From Felis catus (taxonomy: Eukaryota), in contig NC_058384.1 of NCBI RefSeq assembly GCF_018350175.1, positions 30,380,001-30,444,000 on the forward strand: a DNA stretch of 64,000 nt, in the 5' to 3' direction. Positions 1-11,900 of this stretch are shown here, in pieces. The first letter of the stretch is position 1; every line of letters starts with the position of its first letter. The translations under genes and the position numbers were made by a program. The notes under the pieces are model-generated. The model saw nothing but the letters and a program-made list of their open reading frames with translations. It ran no database searches and was not told the DNA's origin.

Positions 1-1543
1 TATGAAAATAAATCAATGTGATAGACCATAATAATGGAAGTAAAGCAGAAAAATACAAGATTATTTCATTAGATGCAGAAAAAGAATTTGACAAAATCCT
101 TTTCATGATAAAAGCACAAAACAAACTAGAAGTAGAAGGTAAACTCCTCAACCCAACAAAGGACATTGGTGGAAAATTCATAGCTAACATCATAATGGTA
201 AAAGACTGAAAGCTTTTCTCCCTAAGATCAGAAACAAAACAAAGATGTATACTCTTTACACATCTATTCAACACTGTACTGGAATTTCTAGCCAGGGCAA
301 TTAGACAAGACAAACTGAAAGAATCCAGATTGTAAAGACAGAAGTAAAACTCTTATTTGCAAGTGACATGATCTCATATTTGGAAAATTCTAAAGGATAC
401 ACACAAAACAAAAAAACTTATTAGAGATAATAAAGTTAAGCAAAATTGCAGGATATAAGATCATTACACAAAAATCAATTTTATTTCTGCACACTAGCAA
501 TAAACAATCTGAAAATGAGATTAAGAAAATAATTCTATCATCAAAAATAAAACATTTGGGAATAAAGTTAACCAAGGAAATGCAAGGCTTGTATACTGAA
601 AGCTCTAAAACATTGCTGAGAGAAATTTAAGAAGGCCTAAATAAATACAAAGTCATCTCATGTTCATGGACTGGAATATTGTTAAGATGGAAATATTCCC
701 CAAATTGATCTATAGATTCAATGTAATCCCTACTGCAATTTCANNNNNNNNNNNNNNNNNNNNNNNNNNNNNNNNNNNNNNNNNNNNNNNNNNNNNNNNN
801 NNNNNNNNNNNNNNNNNNNNNNNNNNNNNNNNNNNNNNNNNNNNNNNNNNNNNNNNNNNNNNNNNNNNNNNNNNNNNNNNNNNNNNNNNNNNNNNNNNNN
901 NNNNNNNGTGGCATAAAGATAAACATATAAATAAATGGCATAGAGTTGAGAACTCAGAAATACACTCATACATTATAGTCCAATAATTGTCAACAAGGAT
1001 GGAGGTGGTGGTGTGGGGACCGATAGTCTTTTCAACAAATGGTGTTGGAAAAACTGGACATCCACATCAAAAAGAATCTGGACTCCTACCTAACACCGTA
1101 TACTAAAATTGTACCAAAGACTTAAATGTAAGAACTAAAACTATGAAACTCTTAGAAGGAAACAGGTGTATACCTTTCTAACCTTGAATTAGGAAATGGT
1201 TTCTTAGCTATGACACAAAAAGCACTAGCAACCAAACTAAAAATAAAGTTATTTCATCAAAATTAAATGTTTCATACATCAAAGGACTCTATGAAGAAAG
1301 TGAAAGGGAACCTACAGAATGGGAGAAAATATATGTATCTGCGAGGGTCTAGTATCCAGATTAATCTAACTCAACAATGAAGAACAAATAACCCTATTTA
1401 AAAATAAGCAAAGGATCTGAATATACATTTCTCCAAATTAGATATACAAATGACCAGTAAGCACATGAAATGATGCATCATTGGTCATCAGGGAATGCAT
1501 ATCAAAACCACAATCTGATAAGACTTCATACCCGCTAGGATGG

Positions 1544-1917
1544 TGATATGGGCTGAATTGTGTCCCCCAAAAATCCATATGTTGAAGTTCTAACCTGTTA
1601 CTTCAGAATGCGATTGTATTTGGAGGAAGGTCCTTTAAAGTGTCACTTAAGGTAAAATGAGATGGTTTGGGTGGGTCCTAATCTAATATGACTCATGTTT
1701 TCATAAGAGAAGATTAAGACACATACACAGGAAAGACCATGTGAAGACGCAGAGAGAAGATGGCCATTTACAAAACAAGGAGAGAGACCTTCAGAAGAAA
1801 CTAGCCCTGCCAACACTTTGATATACTTCCAGCCTCCAGAATTGTAATAAAATACATTGTCCAAGCCTGTGGACAGTCTGTGGTAGTTTGTTACATTAGC
1901 CCTAGCAAACTAATACA
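1544..1917 (+). mobile_element. ERVL-MaLR solo LTR (MLT1A/B-like)
   Basis: TG...CA termini, 'tgatatgggctgaattgtgtcccccaaaaatccatatgttgaag' start, 'ccctagcaaactaataca' end, imperfect 5-bp TSD GATGG (1539-1543)/GAGGG (1918-1922). Confidence 0.85.
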
Positions 1918-2187
1918 GAGGGCTATTTTTAAAAATAGACAATAAGTTGGTACTGAAGATATGGAGTAATTTGACCCTCATACATTGCTCATGGGAATTT
2001 TAAATGATGAAGCTCATGTGGAAAAAATTTTTACAATTTCTTAAAAACTAAACACAGAGTTACCATATGATCCAGCAATTCCACTCCTAACTATGCCCAA
2101 GAGAACTGAAAAATATGTCCACAAAAAACCTGCATGTGAATGTTATTAGCAGTATTATATACAACAGGCAAAAAGTAGGAATAACCC

Positions 2188-3046
2188 CAAAAAAGACATT
2201 CAGATGGCCGACACATGAAAAAATGCTCCACGTCACTCATTATCAGGGAAATACAAATCAAAACCACAATGAGATACCACTTTACACCTGTCAGAATGGC
2301 CAACATTAACAACTCGGGCAACAACAGATGTTGGCGGGGATGCGGAGAAAGAGGATCTCTTTTGCATTGTCAGTGGGAATGCAAGCTGGTGCAGCCAGTC
2401 TGGAAAACAGTATGGAGGTTCCTCAAAAAACTAAAATAGAACTACCCTACGACCCAGCAATTGCACTACTAGGTATTTATCCAAGGGACACAGGTATGCC
2501 ATTTTGAAGGGGCACATGCACCCCAATGTTTATAGCTGCACTATCAACAACAGCCANNNNNNNNNNNNNNNNNNNNNNNNNNNNNNNNNNNNNNNNNNNN
2601 NNNNNNNNNNNNNNNNNNNNNNNNNNNNNNNNNNNNNNNNNNNNNNNNNNNNNNNNNNNNNNNNNNNNNNNNNNNNNNNNNNNNNNNNNNNNAAGAATGA
2701 AATCTTGCCATTTGTAACTACGTGCATGGAACTAGAGGGTATTATGCTAAGTGAAATTAGTCAGAGAAAGACAAATATCATATGACTTCACTCATATGAA
2801 GACTTTAAAACACAGAACAGATGAACATAAGGGAAGGGAAGCAAAAATAATAAAAACAGGGAGGGGGACAAAACATAAGAGACCCTGAAATATGGAGAAC
2901 AAATAGAGGGTTACTGGAGGGGTTGTGGGAGGGGGAATGGGCTAAATGGGTAAGGGGCATTAAGGAATCTATGCCTGAAATAATTGTTGCACTATATGCT
3001 AACTAATTTGGATGTAAATTTAAAAAATAAAATTAAAAAAATTTTT
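2188..3046 (+). mobile_element. 5'-truncated carnivore/felid L1 (ORF2 C-terminus, 3'UTR, A-rich tail)
   Basis: Peptide [29 protein letters not shown]...[21 protein letters not shown]; perfect 18-bp TSD AAAAAGTAGGAATAACCC at 2170-2187 and 3047-3064. Confidence 0.92.
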
Positions 3047-3541
3047 AAAAAGTAGGAATAACCCAAGTATCCATAAACTGATGAAAAGACAAACAAANNN
3101 NNNNNNNNNNNNNNNNNNNNNNNNNNNNNNNNNNNNNNNNNNNNNNNNNNNNNNNNNNNNNNNNNNNNNNNNNNNNNNNNNNNNNNNNNNNNNNNNNNNN
3201 NNNNNNNNNNNNNNNNNNNNNNNNNNNNNNNNNATAATTTAATTTATATAAAGTGTCCAGATTGAAAAATCTGTGAAGACAGACAGGAGATTAGTGGTTG
3301 ACAAGGGATGGAGGGAGAAAGGGGATGAGGAAATTGGGAGGTATGGGGTTTCTTTTAAGGATAATGGAAAGTTCTGGAATTAGTGGTGATGATTACACAA
3401 GCTTGCAAATATTCTAAAAACCACTGAGTTATATACTTTATGTGGTTAAAATGGTGACTTTTATGTTATGTGAATTTTATCTTAATTTAAAAAAAACTAC
3501 ATTGAGATATCACCTTACGACCAAAACAATGGCTAACATTT

Positions 3542-5068
3542 AAAAAAAAATTTAAATCTTTATTCACTTTTAAGAGACAGAGAGAGGGAGAAGACTTGTG
3601 AGACTACATCCCACTTCTGACCTCCAGAACGGTAAGATCTACAACACCCAAGCCTCCACTTGAGAGTTGTCACTCTCTGCCTGTTCACGTTCATTTTAGG
3701 AGCAAGTACACAGACAACCGAAGGGAAGTGAGCCTGCTTTTGTTGTTGCTATTTGTTTTCTCATTTGTTTCCCTGACCAACTATAAAAGTCCCTGCCTGA
3801 CTCTCTGGAGTGACTGCTAGCATCTTCTTTCCTGTGTGAAATTCCTCCGGACTGAGTGGGCCACTGAACTGCGGCGACAGGCAGGTCAGTATCTGAACTA
3901 ATAATGAATGGCCCGGCAGTTTCTCCTCCACGAATCACAGAATGTTGGAGCTAGTTGGAGCCTTGAGATCATCTATTCCAGTCTTATTTTACAGTAGGAA
4001 ACAGATGCCCAGAGAATTAAAAAGACTTCCCGAGAAAACAAAAAAACACTGATGCCCGGCCCCTGCCCCCAGAGAGGCTGATTCGATTGTTCTGTGGTAG
4101 GGCCTAAGTGTCCATTATTTTTCAAAGCCCTCCTTTCTCATGGGACTTTGAAATTTGGCCTACTCTCAACACATACTGAATTCTACTTAAAGGTCCAAAC
4201 TAACGATAATTAATTTCCAGTATCACAGAGACCAATACCTGTTTTATTCCTGGTCACTATAAGCTTTCATTCGATGCAAAGCAAAAACATTTCTGCATGT
4301 TCTTCCCTGAAAGTTCTCATTTTCCCTGTCCTTGTTTAGCTTCTGAGAGAGAACCTTATGTGACTCCATTTCCTTCCCTGGATCCTACGCTGTCAGTGTT
4401 TCTTTTTCCTCTCCATACCTTGGGAACCGAAGTCTCCCCCCAGACCTCAATCCCAACAATCAACAGACCTCTCCATGGTGCTCCCCACATGCCTTCATGA
4501 ACCACCTTGGGCCAGGCGTGTGGACAGCCCCCTTGCCTCCATGCTGTGCTCAGGCCAACAGGAAGTTGCTGGTTCCTCCAAATCAGCAGTTGTGCACGGA
4601 AAAAATGCTATTTGCAGATGCTTTGATTTTTAAGATTAATACTTCTTTTATTAAAGTTCAATTTAAGGGGTACCTGGGTGGCTCAGTCGGTTAGGTGTCT
4701 GACTTCGGTTCAGGTCATGATCTCACAGTTCATGGGTTCAAGCCCCACATCGGGCTCTGTGCTGACAGCTCGGAGCCTGGAGCCTGCTTCAGATTCTGTG
4801 TCTCCCTCTCTATACCCCTCCCTGGCTCACACTCTCTCCACCTCTCTCTCAAAAATAAATGAACATTAAAAAAAATAAAATAAAAAAAAAAATAAGAGAC
4901 AGAGAGAGAACATGAGGGGCGGGGGGCAGAGAGAGGGGGGACACAGAATCCAAAGCAGGCTCCAGACTGTCAGCACAGAGCCCGACGCAGAGCTCGAACC
5001 CACGAACCGTGAGATCATGACCTGAGCCAAAGTTGGAAGCTCAACCGACTGAGCCACCCAGGCGCCCC
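3542..5068 (-). mobile_element. Felid SINEC split in two (tail part 3542-3586, body 4893-5068) by a 1.3 kb insertion
   Basis: TSD CAATGGCTAACATTT at 3527-3541 and 5071-5085; the antisense SINE tail 'tttaaatctttattcactttttaagagacagagagag' joins seamlessly to the body 'aacatgaggggc...ccacccaggcgcccc'. Confidence 0.88.
3587..4892 (+). mobile_element. Retroposed composite insert: ~1.08 kb non-SINE sequence plus a terminal SINEC (4667-4892) supplying the poly(A) tail
   Basis: 16-bp direct repeat TAAGAGACAGAGAGAG at 3571-3586 and 4893-4908; A-rich tail 4868-4892; TTTT/AA-type L1 endonuclease site at the left junction. Confidence 0.8.
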
Positions 5069-5085
5069 ATCAATGGCTAACATTT

Positions 5086-5270
5086 TAAAGACTGGTGTTA
5101 CCCAATGTTGACAGGGACAGGAGCAACTGAAACTTTCATAGGTTGCCAGTGGGGATTCAAAATGACTCAGCCACATTGGAAAACAATTTGGCAGTTTCTT
5201 ATAAAGTTAAACATACACTTACTATATATCCCAGCAATCTCACTCATAGGTATTTTACCCAAGAGAAATA

Positions 5271-5326
<56 letters not shown>

Positions 5327-6010
5327 ATATGAAGACCTACATGTGAATATTGATAGCAGCTCTGTTCATAATAGCCCCCAAATGGAAACAACTCAAATGT
5401 CCACCTAACAGATTGTGGTCCCAGAATGACTAAAGGTAAAAATACTGATAATAATAGCAATTTCATTCCTGGAGATATACACAAGAAAAGTGAGTATATC
5501 CATTTAAAAAGACACACACAGGAAAGTTTATTATTCAGAAGGTCTGAAAATTTGCCACAACCCAAGTGTCAATTATCAGTAAAACGGATAAGTTAAATGT
5601 GGTATAAATCACACAATGGCATTTACACAACAATTAAGAAGGAAGAACTACTGGTACATGTATCAACAAGGAAGAATGTACACACATAATGTTGAGCAAA
5701 AGAAGCCAGACCTAAGAGTATATACTCTATGATCCCATTCACAGAAAATTCAAGAAACTAAAACAATTTTATGGCGATAGAAGTCAGAATAGTGGTTATC
5801 CACAGAGGATGGAGAGGGGGCAGGCGGTGAAAGGTACAATGGGCATCACCTGAGAAGCACCTGAGAGACGTCTGGGACACTGGAAAGTTCATGCTCCGGT
5901 TAGCAGTTACATAAGTGCACACACATGAAAATTTATCAAGCTGAACATTTAAGATTTATGTACTTATGTGCCCAATTAGTAAGTGTTTTAAATTTTCAAA
6001 GAAAATAAAA
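5086..6010 (+). mobile_element. Ancient L1 (L1MC/ME-like) 3' end fragment containing a (TA)n microsatellite at ~5271-5323
   Basis: 'ggaaaacaatttggcagtttcttataaagttaaacatacac...cccagcaatctcactcataggtatttt'; continues the L1 fragment at ~3500-3541. Confidence 0.75.
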
Positions 6011-7759
6011 ACTACCCCGGTCTACCTACCTGCCTCCAATTCATCCATAGTCCCGTTAAAATTATCCTATGAGATTTTTCAAAATATTATAATAGCTCAA
6101 AGATTCCCTTAAATCTTTTTTTTTTTGACATCCATGACCCCAGATTTCCCAAGCTTAAGGTAACTGTTTATGAATTAAAAATTCATTAAAGAAAGTTAAT
6201 ACCTACCTTACACTTTGATGTTAGCCTTCACCAAAGGATCCTTCCAGCTAAATGTCCAGTGGCACAGGCAGAGTCAAAATACTTGGTAAAGTCACCACCA
6301 AACAGCCACTGACTTACTCATTATTTAGACAAACAAAAGACAAAGTCCCTCTCTTCAAGGAGATATTAAACAACCACAGAGTGTTTTTGCTCTTTCTTGC
6401 GTGCAGCTTTCTCATGCTCTCCTCTGACGCTCCATTGCTCAGTCTCTTCGTTCTCCCCGGTGTCCAAGGAACCCCTGCTGAGGGCTGCTCTTACTCCTTA
6501 ATATCTTCCCAGAAAGATAACCCTAGGAGCCCTAAAACAGACCAAACCAGGCAGCAAGATAATTTGTCAGAGGTGAGCTCTATTCCATAACATCCACAAG
6601 TCTCTGCACTATAGGGACTCACAAATCTGCAAAGCCCCATTCAGGATTGAGAGATGGGAAGAACAAAGCATTTGGGATAGAGAGGAGAAAAAGGCTAATC
6701 TAAATTTCATATTCTGACTACCAAACTCCTAGAATTGTACCTCTGGTTTAAAAGCCTGGACATTGAGAGTTCTTAATTTAATCAGCCCACACAGGTTAGG
6801 AAAGAAATAGATTCTAGCAAGGGGTGAGTGCTGTAATGTTTTCATCAAAGACGACTGCAGAACATACACTCATACATACATTCCATCAGCTTTCCAGATT
6901 AATTTACTATTATAAGACCACTATTTAAATCTTCCTTGTTTCAAATTAAATCTTTAGTTTGCCACCATCGTAGCAGGCTAAGATGTAATCTTAGATTGGA
7001 AAAATGAGAAACCATGTGAAAAAAAAAAAAAAAGAAAGGAAACATTCCACAACCATAAAGAATTAGGAAATCGCTGTACCAGACTACAGGATTCTGCAGG
7101 GGAAAGAACTATGTCACCATGACAACCTGGGATATTTTTATTGAGAGAGTTGATAGGTTCTACAGAAACATTTTTCATAATTTGGAGGCTGAAAGTAATA
7201 TATAAGAACATGTGTGGGAGTTGAGAGACATTTCAAATTTGGATTTTCATCTTTTTTTTCAGCTTTTCCTTGCAATCTACATGTTGCCAAATCTTGTTTT
7301 TTAAGGGCAAAGGGATAAAAGTAATTTTTATATCCCATGTTCGTATATAAGCATTAGGTACATGTGTGTATTTATGTAACTTCACTCATTAACAAATACA
7401 AAGTTTCTTGACAAGCAGGGGAAATTTGTAACAATTAATGGCTCAAAATAGTTTATATATTTGCATACCCATCCTTGGCTTAAAAATATGAAAGTATCAG
7501 ATAGATATTTCTGTCATGTATTGTATCCATACTATATTACTTCTCATTTGACTTCATAACATTTTTATCTTCTATTTTTAATTTCCTTTGTACCATTTCC
7601 CAAAGAGTCTGTATATGGTTCTGCTATATGTGTATTATCTACCTGGTATATGCTAGTTTACTTAACAAAGTGTATGTTTTCAATGTTATTTTGCCTACAA
7701 AGCGGATGTAAAATAAAACAAAACATGTCTCTCTGTGTCTTATAACAGATACTTCACAG

Positions 7760-7935
7760 CTATCATTTATTCAAGCTTCACAATATTTTACAGGTATTAT
7801 TATCCCCCTTTTAGAGATGAAGTAACTGTTATCAAGGAGATGATATATTTGCTACTTCCACAGGGAAGTGTCAGGTCTGTGTTAAAACCCAGGTCTATCT
7901 GACACCTGAGAGTCTTCCCATTTCCTATGTTACAT
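7760..7935. mobile_element. MIR fragment
   Basis: MIR core-like 'aggtattattatcccccttttagagatgaagtaactg...aaaacccaggtctatctgac'. Confidence 0.6.
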
Positions 7936-8159
7936 TGAATCTCAACGTCCTCATAATTCTTGAAGCACAGACTTTGCACTTACAAATAAATAAATAAATT
8001 GTTTCTGGACAATAAGGCAATATATAATGCAATATAATCCAACGTATCTATACTTCCAGCTAAGATACCTGTAATTTCTTGCATTGAAGACATCCTCTGC
8101 TCCAAACACGTATCAATGACACATAAAATATAGAAAGAGAAATTACGAAACAAATAAAG

Positions 8160-8297
8160 AGGGTGCCTGGGTGGTTCAGTCAGTTGAGCATCCAACTCCT
8201 GATTTTGGCTCAGGTCATGGTCTCACAGGTTGTGGGATCAAGCCCCACACTGGGCTCCATGCTGGGCTTGGAGCCTGCTTGGGATTCATTCATTCAT

Positions 8298-8354
<57 letters not shown>

Positions 8355-8370
8355 AACTAAATTAAAAACA
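8160..8370 (+). mobile_element. SINEC (Can-SINE)
   Basis: tRNA-derived head 'gggtgcctgggtggttcagtcagttgagc', (CT)n tract, A-rich tail. Confidence 0.9.
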
Positions 8371-8799
8371 ATACAAACCATTATCATGCTCAGAAACCAT
8401 ATAAACCTCTCTAAGGCCCAGAACACCAAAGCTGAGGCCTGCTGGGCTCCCCATCTAGGAATTTTGTACTGCTGTGTACAGGGACCAAAAATCCTCCCAA
8501 GAAAGGGAAGGGATGGATTCAAGTTCACTGCTGAAACCAGGGGCTTCTTCACCCATGAAAAAAAGTTAAAAAGGGCTACAGTGACTCCTTCTAGAGCCAT
8601 GGCTTAGGGAGCCAGGAGAAAGGTGACACAGCACGACACCCAGGACCTGGGCCAAGCTGCCCACTAGTTCAGAGACTGGATCTGTAATTTCTCTTAATAG
8701 CATAGCCAGACAAGCCTAAGCCAGGAATATAAGTCCTAATTCTAGTCTGGGAGTTCCTTGGGGAAAAATGGAGGCAACTACGAGTTAACAAAGAGTGAG

Positions 8800-9960
8800 A
8801 AAAACAAACAAACAAATTTCCTAATCAGGATGTCTGTATATCAAAATTCCAAAACATATAAGGAAATTCATACTTAGAACAGTGACCAACAAAATTAGAG
8901 GAGATAAGTTTATCCCAGATGAAATGAACATAAGAAAATGATTCGAAAATGAGTTTTAAATAAGCATGTAAGCATATTTAAGTATTCTCTAAGAAAGTTA
9001 AAAGAAAAAATACAAGGAATTATAAAAGCAAGGAGAAAAACAAAAGGTTGACATGGAAAAGCATCTACTAGATATCCTGGAAATAACAAAATATAGTCAT
9101 TGAAGTAAACACTCAATAGACAAAATACACTCTGGTCTCAGTTGAAGAAAAAGTTTAGTAAATTAATAGAACTGAGGATTCACCCAGATCTCCACATAGC
9201 AAGATAAGATGAAAAGGAGAGGAAAGAGAAGGAAGAGGACAAGAGGAGTGGTTAAGAGTAGTCAGAAGACAAAAGAATGAAGAGGGTTTAATAGTGATCT
9301 AATAGGAATTCCAGAAAAAGATAATAGAGGAAATGGTGGGAAAAACAATATTCACAGAGATAATGGGGTCAACATTTCTGAATTGAACAAAGAAGTTTTC
9401 AGAATGAAAGTTCACATTGAATGCTAATTAGTAAAAAGCAATTCTGGGGCGCCTGGTGGCTCAGTCTATTAAGATTCTGACCTTGGCTCAGGTCATGATC
9501 TCATGGTCTATGAGTTCAATCCCCACATCAGGCTCTCTCTGCTCTCAGCACAGAGCCTGTTTTGGATCCTCTGTCTCCCTCTCTCTGCCCCTCCACCACC
9601 TGTGCTCTCTCTCTGGCTCTCTGAAAATAAATAAATAAACTTTAAGAAAAAAAAGAAAAAAGCAATTCCACATATACAAAGTAGATCTTAAAAACCAACA
9701 GGAGAAAGGACAGGTTAGCTGCAATGGAATGACATTTAGACTTACAGCAGACTTAATCAGCAACAATAGATGTTAGAACACAATGAGTAATTAAGAATAC
9801 TATGGAAAAATAACTGTGGGTCTCAAAGTATATCAAACCCTAAATATCATTCAAGAAAGAAACCAAAGTAAAGATATTATCAGTGACACAAAACTAAGAG
9901 ACCTTATCACAAACATTTGCTAAGAAACAAGAAAGAGCAAAGAAATTTTTTTGAATATGT
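8800..9960 (+). mobile_element. Very degenerate L1/HAL1 ORF1-region fragment
   Basis: A-rich sense strand with L1 ORF1-like motifs ('ctaataggaattccagaaaaagataatagaggaaatgg', 'ttagacttacagcagactt...aacaatagatgttaga'). Confidence 0.55.
9446..9656 (+). mobile_element. SINEC
   Basis: Typical head, CT tract and tail; TSD AAAAAGCAATTC on both sides. Confidence 0.9.
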
Positions 9961-10267
9961 TGGTGAATTTGCTTACTATTAAAAGGCTAATTTTGAGGGA
10001 ACAAAATAAACTAAGAAATACGGGTAGCAATGTTTAGTGAAAAGTTAACGTCTAGTAAAGTCTTATTTGGGAAGAAGACAGAAGTAAGATTTTTATTAGA
10101 TATTTTGTTAGGAATAGAAATGAAATTAGTATTTGGCATAAGGGAATTTTTATACACACCTAGTAGAAGTACAACCAATTTGGAGAGCAATTTCTAGTAG
10201 ATGAGGATGTATTATTCCCTCTCAGCCAGCAATTCCAATTCTAGGAACATGTAAAGAAAACATCCCA

Positions 10268-10505
10268 GGGGCGCCTGGGTGGCTCAGTCAGTCAGTTGAA
10301 CTTCCAACTTCGGCTCAGGTCATGATCTCTCAATTCTGTTTTTGAGTTCATGTCCCACATTGGGCTCATCAGACTCACAGCTCAGAGCCTGGAACCTGCT
10401 TCAGATTCTGTGTCTCCCTTTCTCTGCCCCTCCTGCGCTGGCAGTCTGCCTCATTCTCTCTCTCAAAAATAAACAAACATTAATAAAGAAACAAAATGTT
10501 TAAAA
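10268..10505 (+). mobile_element. SINEC inserted in an old L1 3' fragment (~10150-10930)
   Basis: 'ggggcgcctgggtggctcagtc' head and 'aaaaataaacaaacatt' tail. Confidence 0.88.
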
Positions 10506-10944
10506 AAATCACAAATGCGAGCAAGGAGACATACAAGAATATTCATAACAGCATTAGTAATAATAGTAAAAAACTATAAACAACGTAAATGTGTATCAGC
10601 AGAATAAAGGATTAGTAAATTGTGATTTGTATTTGGAATACTGTGTGCAGTAGGAAAAAGTGAATGAACCAGAATTAGAAGTAGAAACATGAGTAAAATC
10701 TTATAACGTTGAGAATAAAAAACAAGTCGCAGAAAGATGCAGAGTATAACATTCTAGTTTTAAGATGTCTAAAATTTAGTTTTAAAATATTATATGTTGT
10801 ACATAATACTTAAAATCAATGGAAAACTTAACAGTACATGGGAATGAAAAGAGCCAAAATCAGGATAGTAGTTACCTTTGGGAAGATGAAGGGGAATGGC
10901 ATTGTGTATGGGGTACCAAGAGGCTTCAACTATACTTGTAATAT

Positions 10945-11370
10945 TTTCTTTTTTTTTAAGTTTATTTTATTTCTCCGATGTTTATTTTTATTTTTGGGAC
11001 AGAGAGAGACAGAGCATGAACAGGGGAGGGGCAGAGAGAGAGGGAGACACAGACTCGGAAACAGGCTCCAGGCTCCGAGCCATCAGCCCAGAGCCTGACG
11101 CGGGGCTCGAACTCACGGACCGCGAGATCGTGACCTGGCTGAAGTCGGACACTTAACCGACTGCGCCACCCAGGCGCCCCTATTTTATTTCTTTTCAGAG
11201 AGAACACAAGCAGGGGAGGGGCAGAGAAAGAGGGAGACACAGAATCTGAAGCAGGCTCCAGGCTCTGAGCTGTCAGCACAGAGCCTGACATGGGGCTCGA
11301 ATTCATGAGTTGTGAGATCATAACCTGAGCTGAAGTGGGACGCTTAACCAACTGATCCACTCAGGCGGCT
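10945..11370 (-). mobile_element. Nested SINECs: young SINEC_Fc-type copy (10975-11180) inside the tail of an older SINEC
   Basis: Inner TSD TATTTTATTTCT at 10963-10974 and 11181-11192; the inner copy is CpG-rich with the young 'ggtggcgcagtcggttaag...cagccaggtcacgatctcgcggtccgtg' diagnostic. Confidence 0.9.
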
Positions 11371-11574
11371 CTTGTAACACTTGACTTCTTAAGCTGGGTG
11401 TAGGGATAAATGAATAAACAAATGAGTGAATGAATTTTAACCGCAAATGTCATCGGAGTATACCTGATAAAGAGGTATAACTAAAACAGTACCTGGAAAG
11501 ATTATTTAAATTGGAACTTAACAAACTACAAATGTTATGCATTTGTTATGGTATCAACTTATTTTCTTTCCCCT

Positions 11575-11900
11575 GGCTTTATTGAGGTATGATTGGCAAC
11601 TAAAAACTATATATTAAGGTATGCAACATGATGTTTTAATATATGTATACATTTTTAAATGCTNNNNNNNNNNNNNNNNNNNNNNNNNNNNNNNNNNNNN
11701 NNNNNNNNNNNNNNNNNNNNNNNNNNNNNNNNNNNNNNNNNNNNNNNNNNNNNNNNNNNNNNNNNNNNNNNNNNNNNNNNNNNNNNNNNNNNNNNNNNNN
11801 NNNNNNNNNNNNNNNNNNNNNNNNNNNNNNNNNNNNNNNNNNNNNNNNNNNTCTCAGAACTTCATCTTATAACTGCAAGTTTGTAACCTTTGATGAATAT
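11575..11900 (-). mobile_element. L1MA-like 3' end fragment spanning N-run 11664-11851
   Basis: 'ctttattgaggtatgattggcaactaaaaactatatattaaggtatgcaacatgatg...tctcagaacttcatcttataactgcaagtttgtaacctttga'. Confidence 0.7.

Larger units (their letters stand above)
1..3495 (+). mobile_element. Old eutherian LINE-1 (L1MB-like) ORF2 3' half and 3'UTR, degenerate, interrupted by a MaLR LTR and a younger L1
   Basis: Broken ORF2 peptides (IISLDAEKEFDKI, PKLIYRFNVIP, WHKDKHINKW); L1MB-type 3' end 'aaaaccactgagttatatacttta...tgtgaattttatcttaatttaaaaaaaa'; many stops and frameshifts. Confidence 0.88.

Noticed and set aside
4678-5057. Recurrent 'MAQSV...AQVMIS...SGSVLTAQSLEPASDSVSPS' peptides throughout the ORF track
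   Set aside because: Translations of SINEC consensus sequence, not a gene family
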